Made by a program: the position numbers and the translations under genes
The notes under the pieces: model-generated
Seen by the model: only the letters and a program-made list of their open reading frames with translations
What the model was told of the DNA's origin: nothing
The model's database searches: none
Source of the DNA: a bacterium
GTDB taxonomy: Bacteria; Bacteroidota; Bacteroidia; Bacteroidales; Paludibacteraceae
Assembly (NCBI GenBank): GCA_044433285.1
Contig: JAWXTU010000001.1
Span: forward strand, 109-64,108
Length of the DNA: 64,000 nt
Direction of reading: 5' to 3'
Shown here: positions 36,959 through 46,355 of the stretch, in pieces
Layout of the letters: each line of letters begins with the position of its first letter
Numbering within the stretch: the stretch's first letter is position 1

Positions 36959-39760
36959 TTGGATAACGCTTCAATAATAATCAAAAATGCTGGGGTGCAC
37001 AACCTGAAAGGGGTTGATGTATCTATCCCTCGCAATAAGTTTATAGTAATCACGGGTCTTTCGGGCTCTGGCAAGTCGTCGTTGGCATTTGATACTCTAT
37101 ATGCTGAGGGTCAGCGTCGTTATGTAGAATCTCTGTCGAGTTACGTTCGTCAGTTTCTCGGACGTATGGATAAGCCAGAGGTGGATATGATTACAGGTTT
37201 GCCCCCTGCAATTGCTATAGAGCAGAAGGTGATAAGTAATAATCCACGTTCTACTGTGGGCACCACTACCGAGATATATGAATATCTCAAACTTCTTTTT
37301 GCTCGTATCGGGCGCACCTATTCACCAATATCAGGTGCGGAGGTCAAACGTCATACTGTCGATGATGTGTTGCACCATATCTTGTCGCAACCAGAGGGTA
37401 CTGTGGCAATGTTGTATACAGCTATCCCAGAACAATATATCTCAGATTTAGCAGGTTATCTTGGCGTGTTATCTTCGAGAGGTTTTAGTCGTGTGGAGAT
37501 AGATGGTGAAATATCTCGTATTTCAGATTTAGTAGCTGACGAATCAAAACTGAAGAGGGTGCGCAAATTGCGTTTGGTGGTCGACCGTGTTACAGTTAGC
37601 AGTAGCAGCGAACTTGCCAATCGACTTTATGACTCTATCGAGACAGCATTTAGTGAGGGTGATGAGCGTTGTGTGGTCGCTGTGCAAACCGAAAAGGGAT
37701 GGCGTAATAAGGAGTTTTCAAAACGATTTGAGGCGGACGGACTCACATTTGATATCCCTACTCCGCATATGTTTGCATTCAATAGTCCAATTGGGGCTTG
37801 TCCCGAATGTGAGGGTTATGGCAAAATTTTGGGTATTGATCCAGATTTAGTTGTGCCCGATCAATCGCTTAGTATATATCAAGATGCAGTGATGTGTTGG
37901 CGTGGTGCGGTGATGGGAAAAATCAAACAAGAACTAGTTGCCAACGCCGATAAATTCAATTTTCCAATACATACACCATATTATAAACTCACTGAGGCGC
38001 AAAAACAGTTGCTTTGGACTGGTAACAGTTATTTTATGGGGCTCAATGATTTTTTTAAAGATGTTGAAAGTCATCTGTATAAGATACAATATCGTGTGAT
38101 GCTATCGCGCTATCGTGGTAAAACGATTTGTCCGCATTGCAATGGCACACGACTTAATGCAAAGGCTAATAATGTTAAGATTAACGACTGCTCTATAACT
38201 CAATTAGTCGAGATGTCTATTGATGATTTGGTGGCGTTTTTTAGTGATATAAAACTCACCCCGAGTGAGAAAAAAATTGCAAAACGTCTGCTTATAGAGA
38301 TTACCTCTCGCTTGGGTTTTTTGCAAAATGTAGGGCTTGGTTATCTCACACTCAATCGTTTGAGTAACACCCTCTCTGGTGGTGAAAGTCAGCGTATTAA
38401 TCTTGCAAAATCGTTAGGTTCTGCGCTCGTGGGCTCTTTGTATGTACTTGATGAGCCGAGTATCGGACTCCACCCGCGCGACACAGCCAGATTGATAAAA
38501 GTGTTGCGTCAGTTGCAAGACCTTGGCAATACTGTGGTGGTGGTGGAGCACGACGAGGAGATAATGATGGCTGCGGATTATCTTATAGATATTGGTCCAG
38601 AGGCAGGGCGTCATGGGGGTGAAGTTGTGGCATCTTTTCCAATTGCTGACTTACATAAATTATCGATATCTAACTCACATACATTTAATTACCTTACAGG
38701 TAAATCGACTATACCAGTTCCATCTCAGCGTCGTAAAACCTCTAAATTTATAGAGATAAAAGGGGCTGCGCATAATAACTTAAAAGGCATTGATGTGAAA
38801 TTTCCGCTGGGAGTTATGACCGCTGTAACTGGAGTTTCGGGGTCGGGCAAGAGTAGTTTGGTCTGCACTGTTTTGTATAATGCACTCTGCAAACAACTCA
38901 ATCTAAAAGTAGACGACAAGGCTATTTATGGCTCGTTGGTTGGGTCGGTAGATTTGATTAAATCAGTTGAGATTGTAACTCAAAATCCTATTGGAAAATC
39001 AACGCGCTCTAATCCAGTTACATATCTTAAAGTGTACGACGAAATACGTCGCCTATTTGCCGATCAACAACTGTCGCGACAAATGGAGTATACCCCTTCT
39101 CATTTCTCTTTTAATATAGATGGAGGACGATGCCCTGAGTGTCAAGGCGAGGGGATTGTTACAGTGCCTATGCAGTTTATGGCAGATTTGCAGCTTAAAT
39201 GCGAGGCGTGTCAAGGCAGGCGTTTTACAAGTGATATATTAGAGGTGAAATTTAATGGTGCTAGTATTTATGATGTCTTGGAAATGACTGTAAATCAAGC
39301 AATAGAGTTCTTTACAGCAGCAAATACACCGCTTACTATTCGCATTGCTCGCCATCTGCAACCACTGAAAGATGTAGGTATTGGATATGTAAAACTAGGA
39401 CAGAGTTCTAGTACTCTTTCTGGAGGTGAAAATCAGCGTGTTAAGTTGGCATATTACCTTTCACAAGAGATGAAAGATAATCATACGTTTTTTATTTTTG
39501 ATGAGCCAACCACTGGTTTACACTCGCATGATATACACACTTTGATGCAAGCGTTGGAGCTGCTTATCAAGCGTGGGCACACGGTACTTGTTATCGAACA
39601 TAATGTAGATGTGATTAAATGTGCTGATTATGTTATAGATGTCGGTCCTGAGGGTGGCGATAAGGGCGGATATGTTGTTGCTGCTGGAACACCAGAACAG
39701 GTGGTTAAATGTGCAGAGTCGTATACAGCTACTGCGCTGAAAAGTAGGGGAGTAAAATAA
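36959..39760 (+). CDS. uvrA: Excinuclease ABC subunit A
   Basis: 933 aa. Two ABC modules (GLSGSGKSSLAFDT; GVSGSGKSSLV), LSGGE signatures, zinc-finger Cys pairs. Apparent TTG start. Confidence 0.95.
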   Translation: MDNASIIIKNAGVHNLKGVDVSIPRNKFIVITGLSGSGKSSLAFDTLYAEGQRRYVESLSSYVRQFLGRMDKPEVDMITGLPPAIAIEQKVISNNPRSTVGTTTEIYEYLKLLFARIGRTYSPISGAEVKRHTVDDVLHHILSQPEGTVAMLYTAIPEQYISDLAGYLGVLSSRGFSRVEIDGEISRISDLVADESKLKRVRKLRLVVDRVTVSSSSELANRLYDSIETAFSEGDERCVVAVQTEKGWRNKEFSKRFEADGLTFDIPTPHMFAFNSPIGACPECEGYGKILGIDPDLVVPDQSLSIYQDAVMCWRGAVMGKIKQELVANADKFNFPIHTPYYKLTEAQKQLLWTGNSYFMGLNDFFKDVESHLYKIQYRVMLSRYRGKTICPHCNGTRLNAKANNVKINDCSITQLVEMSIDDLVAFFSDIKLTPSEKKIAKRLLIEITSRLGFLQNVGLGYLTLNRLSNTLSGGESQRINLAKSLGSALVGSLYVLDEPSIGLHPRDTARLIKVLRQLQDLGNTVVVVEHDEEIMMAADYLIDIGPEAGRHGGEVVASFPIADLHKLSISNSHTFNYLTGKSTIPVPSQRRKTSKFIEIKGAAHNNLKGIDVKFPLGVMTAVTGVSGSGKSSLVCTVLYNALCKQLNLKVDDKAIYGSLVGSVDLIKSVEIVTQNPIGKSTRSNPVTYLKVYDEIRRLFADQQLSRQMEYTPSHFSFNIDGGRCPECQGEGIVTVPMQFMADLQLKCEACQGRRFTSDILEVKFNGASIYDVLEMTVNQAIEFFTAANTPLTIRIARHLQPLKDVGIGYVKLGQSSSTLSGGENQRVKLAYYLSQEMKDNHTFFIFDEPTTGLHSHDIHTLMQALELLIKRGHTVLVIEHNVDVIKCADYVIDVGPEGGDKGGYVVAAGTPEQVVKCAESYTATALKSRGVK

Positions 39761-39839
39761 GATATTACACCTAAGTGGAACTTTTTAAATCACTATAAAA
39801 GATTTTTTTATTCCCATTTTTTATTCTGATTTTATTTTC

Positions 39840-39860
39840 GGGGAGTTTTTAGAAATCCCC
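39840..39860 (+). repeat. Solo end module (canonical)
   Basis: TTTATTTTCGGGGAGTTTTTAGAAATCCCC, between uvrA and topB. Confidence 0.75.
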
Positions 39861-39887
39861 TTTATATATTGGTTTGGTTTTATTTTC

Positions 39888-39907
39888 GGGAGAGTTTTTT
39901 ATGCCTC
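39888..39907 (+). repeat. Second, degenerate end module in tandem
   Basis: TTTATTTTCGGGAGAGTTTTTTATGCCTC. Ends 11 nt before the topB ATG. Confidence 0.5.
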
Positions 39908-39918
39908 AATAATAGATA

Positions 39919-41919
39919 ATGAAAGTTTGTATTGCAGAAAAGCCGAGTGTGGCAAGAGAAATAGCGGCGGTGTTGGGGGCTACTCAACGCAAAGATGGTT
40001 ACATCGAAGGTAATGGTTATCAAGTAACATGGACTTTCGGTCATCTTTGTACGCTTAAAGAACCCCACGATTATCATTCAGAATGGAAAGGGTGGAACTA
40101 TTCAACGCTCCCGATGATACCTGCAAAATTTGGCATTAAGCTCATATCCGATTCTGGTTATCAAAAGCAGTTTGGAATTATTGAAGGGTTGGTGAAAAAT
40201 GCAGATGAGGTGATAAACTGTGGTGATGCAGGTCAGGAGGGTGAATTAATACAGCGGTGGGTATTGCAAAAAGCAGGTGCCACCTGTCCGATTAAGCGAC
40301 TTTGGATCTCATCTTTAACAGAAGAAGCTATACGTGAGGGTTTTAGTAATCTGCGAGATAACTCAGATTTTCAGCGACTCTACGAGGCTGGTCTAGCTCG
40401 TGCAATGGGCGACTGGTTGCTCGGTATGAATGCAACTCGTATCTATACACTCAAATATTCTCAAAACCGTCAAGTCCTCTCTATTGGTCGGGTACAAACG
40501 CCTACATTGGCACTGATTGTGAATAGACAGTTGGAGATTGCCAACTTTGAACCAGAGCCATATTGGGAGCTAAAAACGGAATATAGAGATGTAGTTTTTT
40601 CGAGTGTAAAGGGCAAATATAAAAGTGAAGAGGCAGCTCGTATAGCATTGCAAAATATTGAGGGCGAAGAGTTTGTCGTAAAGTCGATAGTCGAGAAGAA
40701 AGGAAAAGAGTCTGCGCCACGTCTTTTCGATTTAACTTCACTACAGGTGGAGTGTAACAAAAAATTCGCCTATTCTGCCGACGAAACATTGAAGTTAATA
40801 CAATCTCTATACGAGAAAAAACTCACCACATATCCGCGTGTAGATACCACGTTTCTTAGTGATGATATCTACCCTAAAATCCCCACAATAATGCGTGGGC
40901 TGGTGGAGTATAAAGAGTTTACTGAACCTATTCTAAAGGCTAAAATATTAAAATCCAAAAAGGTTTTTAATAATGAAAAGGTAACAGATCACCACGCCAT
41001 AATACCTACAGGTACATATCATCAAAATATCACAGCAGCCGAGCGTAATGTATACGATTTGGTGGTGCGCCATTTTATAGCAAATTTTTATCCAGAGTCC
41101 AAAATTTCCACTACTACCGTGTTGGGAGAGTCTGGTGGTGAAGAGTTTAAGGTTACAGGTAAAGTAGTTCTCGACCCTGCATGGCGAGTGCTTTTTGTCA
41201 AAGAATCTGTAAAAGGTATAGCAAAAGAGATACTGAAAGAGGCGGGTGATGAGGAGAAAAATGATAAAGAACGAGTGTTACCGCAGTTTGTACAGGGTGA
41301 GTCGGGTGAGCACAAACCAGATCTAGCCCAAAAATTCACTTCGCCGCCTAAATTATATACAGAAGCTACGCTTTTGAGGGCGATGGAGACGGCTGGTAAA
41401 TCAATAGATGATGAAAAATTGCGAGATGCGATGAAAGAGAATGGCATCGGGCGACCATCCACTCGTGCATCTATTATCGAAACACTCTTCCGTCGCAACT
41501 ATATACGTAAAGAACGTAAAAACCTGATAGCTACACAAACAGGACTGGATTTAATAGCGTTTATCCCCGATCAACTACTCAAAAGTGCTGAACTTACTGG
41601 TCAATGGGAGAAGAAGTTGCGTGATATAGAACGAGGTGAATATCAAACATCTACATTTGTAGATGAACTTAAAACTATGGTTTCGCAGGTGGTGCTTAAT
41701 GTAAAGTTAGACAATAAATCTCGCAAAATATCGCTCGATGTGCCAGTAGCCAAAGAGCTGAAGAAAAAAGCAGCATCTCGTCCGCGCAAACCCAAAAATA
41801 TAGCGGCAGGTATGGCTTGTCCCAAGTGCGGCAAGGGGTTAGTTATCAAAGGCAAAACCGCATTAGGTTGTTCGCTCTGGCAGAGTGGATGCGATTGGCG
41901 CGAACCATTTTCAGAGTGA
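39919..41919 (+). CDS. topB: DNA topoisomerase III (type IA)
   Basis: MKVCIAEKPSVAREIA Toprim start, TYPRVDT active-site Tyr region, C-terminal Cys4 zinc ribbon (CPKCGKG...GCSLWQSGC). Confidence 0.92.
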   Translation: MKVCIAEKPSVAREIAAVLGATQRKDGYIEGNGYQVTWTFGHLCTLKEPHDYHSEWKGWNYSTLPMIPAKFGIKLISDSGYQKQFGIIEGLVKNADEVINCGDAGQEGELIQRWVLQKAGATCPIKRLWISSLTEEAIREGFSNLRDNSDFQRLYEAGLARAMGDWLLGMNATRIYTLKYSQNRQVLSIGRVQTPTLALIVNRQLEIANFEPEPYWELKTEYRDVVFSSVKGKYKSEEAARIALQNIEGEEFVVKSIVEKKGKESAPRLFDLTSLQVECNKKFAYSADETLKLIQSLYEKKLTTYPRVDTTFLSDDIYPKIPTIMRGLVEYKEFTEPILKAKILKSKKVFNNEKVTDHHAIIPTGTYHQNITAAERNVYDLVVRHFIANFYPESKISTTTVLGESGGEEFKVTGKVVLDPAWRVLFVKESVKGIAKEILKEAGDEEKNDKERVLPQFVQGESGEHKPDLAQKFTSPPKLYTEATLLRAMETAGKSIDDEKLRDAMKENGIGRPSTRASIIETLFRRNYIRKERKNLIATQTGLDLIAFIPDQLLKSAELTGQWEKKLRDIERGEYQTSTFVDELKTMVSQVVLNVKLDNKSRKISLDVPVAKELKKKAASRPRKPKNIAAGMACPKCGKGLVIKGKTALGCSLWQSGCDWREPFSE

Positions 41920-41922
41920 TGA

Positions 41923-42831
41923 TTATATTCCTAATGTATCCGCTAAGATTTTAGTAAATTTCCCAGCACCGATGTTGGATAGGTGATCGCCATCATAAAA
42001 ATCATCTGCCTCAAATCTGGAGTCTTTTATGAAATTATAATATTCTATATTATATTTGTTTTGTAAATTATTTACTACATCAAGCATTTCATCATACTGT
42101 GTTTTATCCAAATTATCATAATACGAATGCCATGTCGGTGCAGTGATAATGATAGGTCTTATATTATTCTCTTTGCATAGAGCTATCATATTTTCAAGGC
42201 AGTTTATGTTTGCAGATAGGTATTCAGTATGAGAATGAGTATGCCTTTTAATGGCTGCTTCTGAAATATCCCCTTCCCACTCTGTTCGTTTGTTATCAAT
42301 ATGATAACTAGTTCCCCAACCTAAAGAATCGCATCGTAGTTCCTTATTTGGGCGAAAGCAAGATTTAAGTGCACCAGGAAAGAATTTTGTCGAGGAAATA
42401 GCAAAATTATATATGAATTTATTGTCTATGTTAGCATCCATATATAAGCTGTATTTAACTTTATGTATGGCACTTTTCTCTGTTCTCCACCCACTACCTC
42501 TTAACGAGCCATACGATATGGTAATTATAACAGTCTCTAGGTTATCAAAATATTTCATATAACCTTGTAAAAGTCCGTAGTCCATACGAATAGGTTGAGA
42601 GTCATTTGCTAAATTAAATGCAGGTTGATTTAGATATTTAGGCATAACCCCAAAAAAACCATGTGAACTACCAAATATTAGAGAATTAATATTGTTTCCA
42701 TTCTCAATAATATAATTATGTTTGTAGCTATACATATTATCTTTATTATTGCGAATAAGTAGTTCGCATGTACCGATAAAAATAATAATGATAAAAGCAA
42801 ACAGTGATGTTTTTTTGATAAAATTAATCAT
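41923..42831 (-). CDS. SGNH/DltD-like hydrolase or acyltransferase partner of the MBOAT protein
   Basis: N-terminal TM anchor, GSSHG block near the N-terminus, C-terminal DGDHLS (DxxH) block. Lies 25 nt downstream of the MBOAT gene. Confidence 0.6.
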   Translation of the reverse strand: MINFIKKTSLFAFIIIIFIGTCELLIRNNKDNMYSYKHNYIIENGNNINSLIFGSSHGFFGVMPKYLNQPAFNLANDSQPIRMDYGLLQGYMKYFDNLETVIITISYGSLRGSGWRTEKSAIHKVKYSLYMDANIDNKFIYNFAISSTKFFPGALKSCFRPNKELRCDSLGWGTSYHIDNKRTEWEGDISEAAIKRHTHSHTEYLSANINCLENMIALCKENNIRPIIITAPTWHSYYDNLDKTQYDEMLDVVNNLQNKYNIEYYNFIKDSRFEADDFYDGDHLSNIGAGKFTKILADTLGI

Positions 42832-42856
42832 AATGTATAGGTATAAGAAGTCCCCT

Positions 42857-44311
42857 CTAGAATTGGAAATAAATAAAGTCGCTTTGTTGTCCTCTCAAAA
42901 CGATAGTAGATATAGTTATTGCAAAATATATTAAATATCTTATTATACTATATTTAAATATATGTTTGTTAGGTAGTTGCAATGCGTGTTGTTTGTTTCT
43001 TTGTAACCATTCTACCAATACAAATAATATAATTAAAATTATATTTCCTTTTGAAGTTGGTTTACTAATATCAAACAAAGATGGATTGAATATACCGCAA
43101 ATATAGTTCCATGCTTCAGTAATATTATTAGCTCTAAAAATAATCCACCCAATCACAACAAAGAAGAATGTTACTGACATTTGAAACAGCTCTTTAACCG
43201 ATGGGAGTATGCGACCAGCAGCTACAACATCTCTGTTTTTACGGTTTGAACCAATTAACATTAATGGTAAAAACAAAAGTGCGTGATATGCTCCCCAAGC
43301 AATAAAGGTCCAATTTGCACCATGCCAAAAACCGCTGACTAAGAATATAATAAGTGTATTGCGAAATGCTTTGCTTTTGCCAAAGCGACTACCGCCAAGA
43401 GGTATGTAGATGTAGTCTCTAAACCACGTGGTAAGAGATATATGCCATTTACGCCAAAACTCGGCTATATCACGAGAGAAATATGGAAAATTAAAGTTGC
43501 GCATAAGATTTATCCCAAATAGACGAGCGGTACCAATCGCAATGTCGGAGTATCCAGAGAAATCGCCATAAATTTGGAATGTAAAAAATATTGCACCACA
43601 GAGAAGTGTAAAACCACTTTGTTCAGGATATGTATCCCAAATTCTATTTACCTCTATTGCACATCTATCTGCAATAATCATTTTCTTAAAGAATCCCCAT
43701 AGTATCTGACGACAACCGTCGACTGCTTTCGCATAATCGAACTCTCTAGTTTTATAAAATTGAGGCAAAAGGTTTGTCGCTCTTTCAATAGGACCAGCAA
43801 CGAGCTGAGGGAAAAAACTAATATAGGCAAATAGGTCAATGATGGAGTTGGTAGGTTTTATGGAGCCTTTGTAGACATCAATGGTGTAACTGAGAGCCTG
43901 AAAAGTGTAGAATGAAATTCCAACTGGGAGTAAAACATCAAGTGTTAACCAATTTAATTCGATGCCAAATGACCTAAAAAGTATATCGAAGTTTTCGCTG
44001 AAGAAATTAAAATATTTAAATATACCAAGTATAATTAAATTAATAATTATATTTGCTGCAGCGTATAGTTTGGCATAATTTTTGTGGGGGGGGGTAGAGT
44101 TAACCTTCTGAATTAGAAGGCTGCTGTAGAAACTACAAGCAGATGTAAACGCTATGAGAATTAGAAATCTCCAATCCCACCAACCATAAAAAATATAGCT
44201 CACCACTACAACAAATGCGTTTTGTAGTTTAACCGAACGGTTAAATACGAACCAATATAGTATAAAAACTATTGGTAGGAATAGCAAAAATTCAATTGAA
44301 TTAAAAAGCAT
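42857..44311 (-). CDS. MBOAT-family membrane O-acyltransferase (AlgI/DltB/PatA-like)
   Basis: 484 aa polytopic protein. FWRKWHISLTTWFRDYIYIPLGG and SGFWHGANW (conserved His) motifs. Confidence 0.9.
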   Translation of the reverse strand: MLFNSIEFLLFLPIVFILYWFVFNRSVKLQNAFVVVVSYIFYGWWDWRFLILIAFTSACSFYSSLLIQKVNSTPPHKNYAKLYAAANIIINLIILGIFKYFNFFSENFDILFRSFGIELNWLTLDVLLPVGISFYTFQALSYTIDVYKGSIKPTNSIIDLFAYISFFPQLVAGPIERATNLLPQFYKTREFDYAKAVDGCRQILWGFFKKMIIADRCAIEVNRIWDTYPEQSGFTLLCGAIFFTFQIYGDFSGYSDIAIGTARLFGINLMRNFNFPYFSRDIAEFWRKWHISLTTWFRDYIYIPLGGSRFGKSKAFRNTLIIFLVSGFWHGANWTFIAWGAYHALLFLPLMLIGSNRKNRDVVAAGRILPSVKELFQMSVTFFFVVIGWIIFRANNITEAWNYICGIFNPSLFDISKPTSKGNIILIILFVLVEWLQRNKQHALQLPNKHIFKYSIIRYLIYFAITISTIVLRGQQSDFIYFQF

Positions 44312-44347
44312 TGTAAAAGTGAAATATTATTTGTTTGAAAATCTCCG

Positions 44348-44355
44348 CAAAGGTA
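44348..44355 (-). promoter_or_regulatory. -7 box TAccTTTG (minus strand) upstream of the MBOAT gene
   Basis: Plus-strand CAAAGGTA, 37 nt upstream of the ATG at 44311. Confidence 0.45.
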
Positions 44356-44396
44356 ATACTTTTTTTTGAATTATCTTATCTTAATTTAGGTGAATT

Positions 44397-45170
44397 TTAT
44401 TCCTCTATCGTAAATTTATCAGCCGATTTCCAGAAAGGTAGTCTATTTCTTACCTTATTAAGATAATTCATATCAATTTCGGCTGTGCGAGTACCGCACT
44501 CCCAATCGTCAAACGATACTACACATTTGCCACGAGGGTCTAATAGCACAGAGTGCCCGTTGTGTTGCACACTGTAACTGTCAGTACCAATAGCATTTAC
44601 ACCACATACATACGATTGATTCTCCATTGCACGTGCAGTTGTTAGGGTGTCCCACGCCTCAATTCTATCTTTGGGCCAGTTTGCAGTAAAAATTAATACA
44701 TCATAATCAAAGCCACTCTGGTTGCGACACCATACTGGAAATCTCAAATCAAAGCATATCATCACCCTAAATTTCACACCATTGTACTCAGCATCTAAAA
44801 ACTTATCGCCCTTATCAAAATATTTTTGTTCATCGCCAATAAATAGATGTCGTTTATCTCCAAATGAGATAGAACCGTCAGGTTTACAGAAGAAACCACG
44901 ATTATATGATCTGTTGCCATCAGTAGCCATAAAACTACCAGCAATAGCAAAATTACCCTCATTAGCCCATTTTTTTATAGCTCTAATAGCCTCTCCATCT
45001 TGATTTTCGGCTAGTTCTGGTTTGTCAACGCTAAAGCCAGTAGAAAACATCTCAGGTAGCACTACTACATCGGTAGTGCCGTATAGTGGTCTAATTGTTG
45101 CATCAAAATTTCTGAGGTTAATCTCCTTGTCGCCCCAAATTATCTCTTGTTGTATAAGTGTAATCTTCAT
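44397..45170 (-). CDS. Carbon-nitrogen hydrolase (nitrilase superfamily amidohydrolase)
   Basis: Candidate Glu-Lys-Cys triad contexts VVLPEMF, KRHLF, MICFDLRFP. Confidence 0.88.
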   Translation of the reverse strand: MKITLIQQEIIWGDKEINLRNFDATIRPLYGTTDVVVLPEMFSTGFSVDKPELAENQDGEAIRAIKKWANEGNFAIAGSFMATDGNRSYNRGFFCKPDGSISFGDKRHLFIGDEQKYFDKGDKFLDAEYNGVKFRVMICFDLRFPVWCRNQSGFDYDVLIFTANWPKDRIEAWDTLTTARAMENQSYVCGVNAIGTDSYSVQHNGHSVLLDPRGKCVVSFDDWECGTRTAEIDMNYLNKVRNRLPFWKSADKFTIEE

Positions 45171-45204
45171 ATTTATAGTAGTAAATTTATTTTTGCAAAA
45201 TCTT

Positions 45205-46059
45205 TTACGAATCTCGTAAAGCTCGACATAGTTTTATAGCCTCCATCGCCTCTTTTGTATCATGCACACGCAAAATGTTAGCCCCACGTTCAAGCGCAAT
45301 GCTATTTAAAACAGTGGTGCCGTTCAGTGCCTCATTAGGCGTGATACCTAGTTGTTTGAATATCATAGATTTTCGTGATATACCAACTAAAATTGAGGTG
45401 TTAAAGCATTCGAAAAGTTTCAGCTCTTTTAGTAGTTTGTAGTTTTGCGTTATCTCCTTGGCAAAACCAAATCCAGGGTCGATGATAATTTCACGATTAA
45501 ATCCAGCATCTCGTAGTTGCCCAATCTTCCATGCGAAAAATTGTAATATTTCAGGTATTAAATCATCGTATTGAGTTAGATTTTGCATCGTTTGTGAGTC
45601 TCCTTTGCTATGCATTAGTATATATGGAACCTGTAGTTCTACTATCATATCTAGCATCTTTTCGTCTAATTCAAATGCAGATACATCATTAATCATATTA
45701 ACCCCATACTCCTTTACAGCAATTTCAGCGACACGAGCCCGAAAAGTATCAATTGATATTGGTATTTCAGGAAAGTGAGAACGTATTATTTTCAAGGCAT
45801 TGCCCACTCGCTCTATCTCCTCATCTTCAGTAACTAGAGGCGCGCCAGGACGAGTAGAGTAGCCCCCCACATCCAAAATAGTGGCACCATTGGATATTGC
45901 ATTAGTGGCAGATGCGATTATTAATTCGTCGTTCGTGACTCTACTGTTTGCATAAAAAGAGTCGGGTGTAGCATTGATAATAGACATAACAATAGCATCT
46001 GTTGTGTCTATGATTTTGCCATTTATTACAATAAATTTGTTTTGATTTGCGTTTCTCAT
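45205..46059 (-). CDS. folP: Dihydropteroate synthase
   Basis: ILDVGGYSTRPGA, ISIDTF, INDVS, GISRKS pterin-binding motifs. Confidence 0.93.
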   Translation of the reverse strand: MRNANQNKFIVINGKIIDTTDAIVMSIINATPDSFYANSRVTNDELIIASATNAISNGATILDVGGYSTRPGAPLVTEDEEIERVGNALKIIRSHFPEIPISIDTFRARVAEIAVKEYGVNMINDVSAFELDEKMLDMIVELQVPYILMHSKGDSQTMQNLTQYDDLIPEILQFFAWKIGQLRDAGFNREIIIDPGFGFAKEITQNYKLLKELKLFECFNTSILVGISRKSMIFKQLGITPNEALNGTTVLNSIALERGANILRVHDTKEAMEAIKLCRALRDS

Positions 46060-46355
46060 ATATAAAGAGGAGTTTTATTAAGTTCTCTTGATTACTTTAT
46101 AGCCATTTTTCGAGTGCAAAATTAGACAAAAAAATCGGGTAAAAATAATTTTTTCATATAAAAACAAAAAAAAATAAATTTTGTTGTGTTTATATCATTT
46201 ATTTTTACTAAATTTGCCGTCGGAAATGTGAGGTTATGCACACTTTGCTTGAATTTGTTGTGGATTTGAGATTTGTGCGTACTTATTGTACTAATAATCA
46301 AATTGTTAAAAACGAGTAGGGTTCTATTGGCTCTTCTCTTAAAAGTATATGCTTT

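Noticed and set aside
37587-38919. Small ORFs inside uvrA (37587..37850, 38414..38614, 38725..38919)
   Set aside because: They are alternative-frame or antisense ORFs within a full-length, motif-complete uvrA.
39880-41855. ORF 39880..40077 and the antisense ORFs inside topB (40470..40760, 40502..40789, 41088..41498, 41643..41855)
   Set aside because: They overlap topB, which has clear Toprim, active-site and zinc-ribbon motifs. No support for independent coding.
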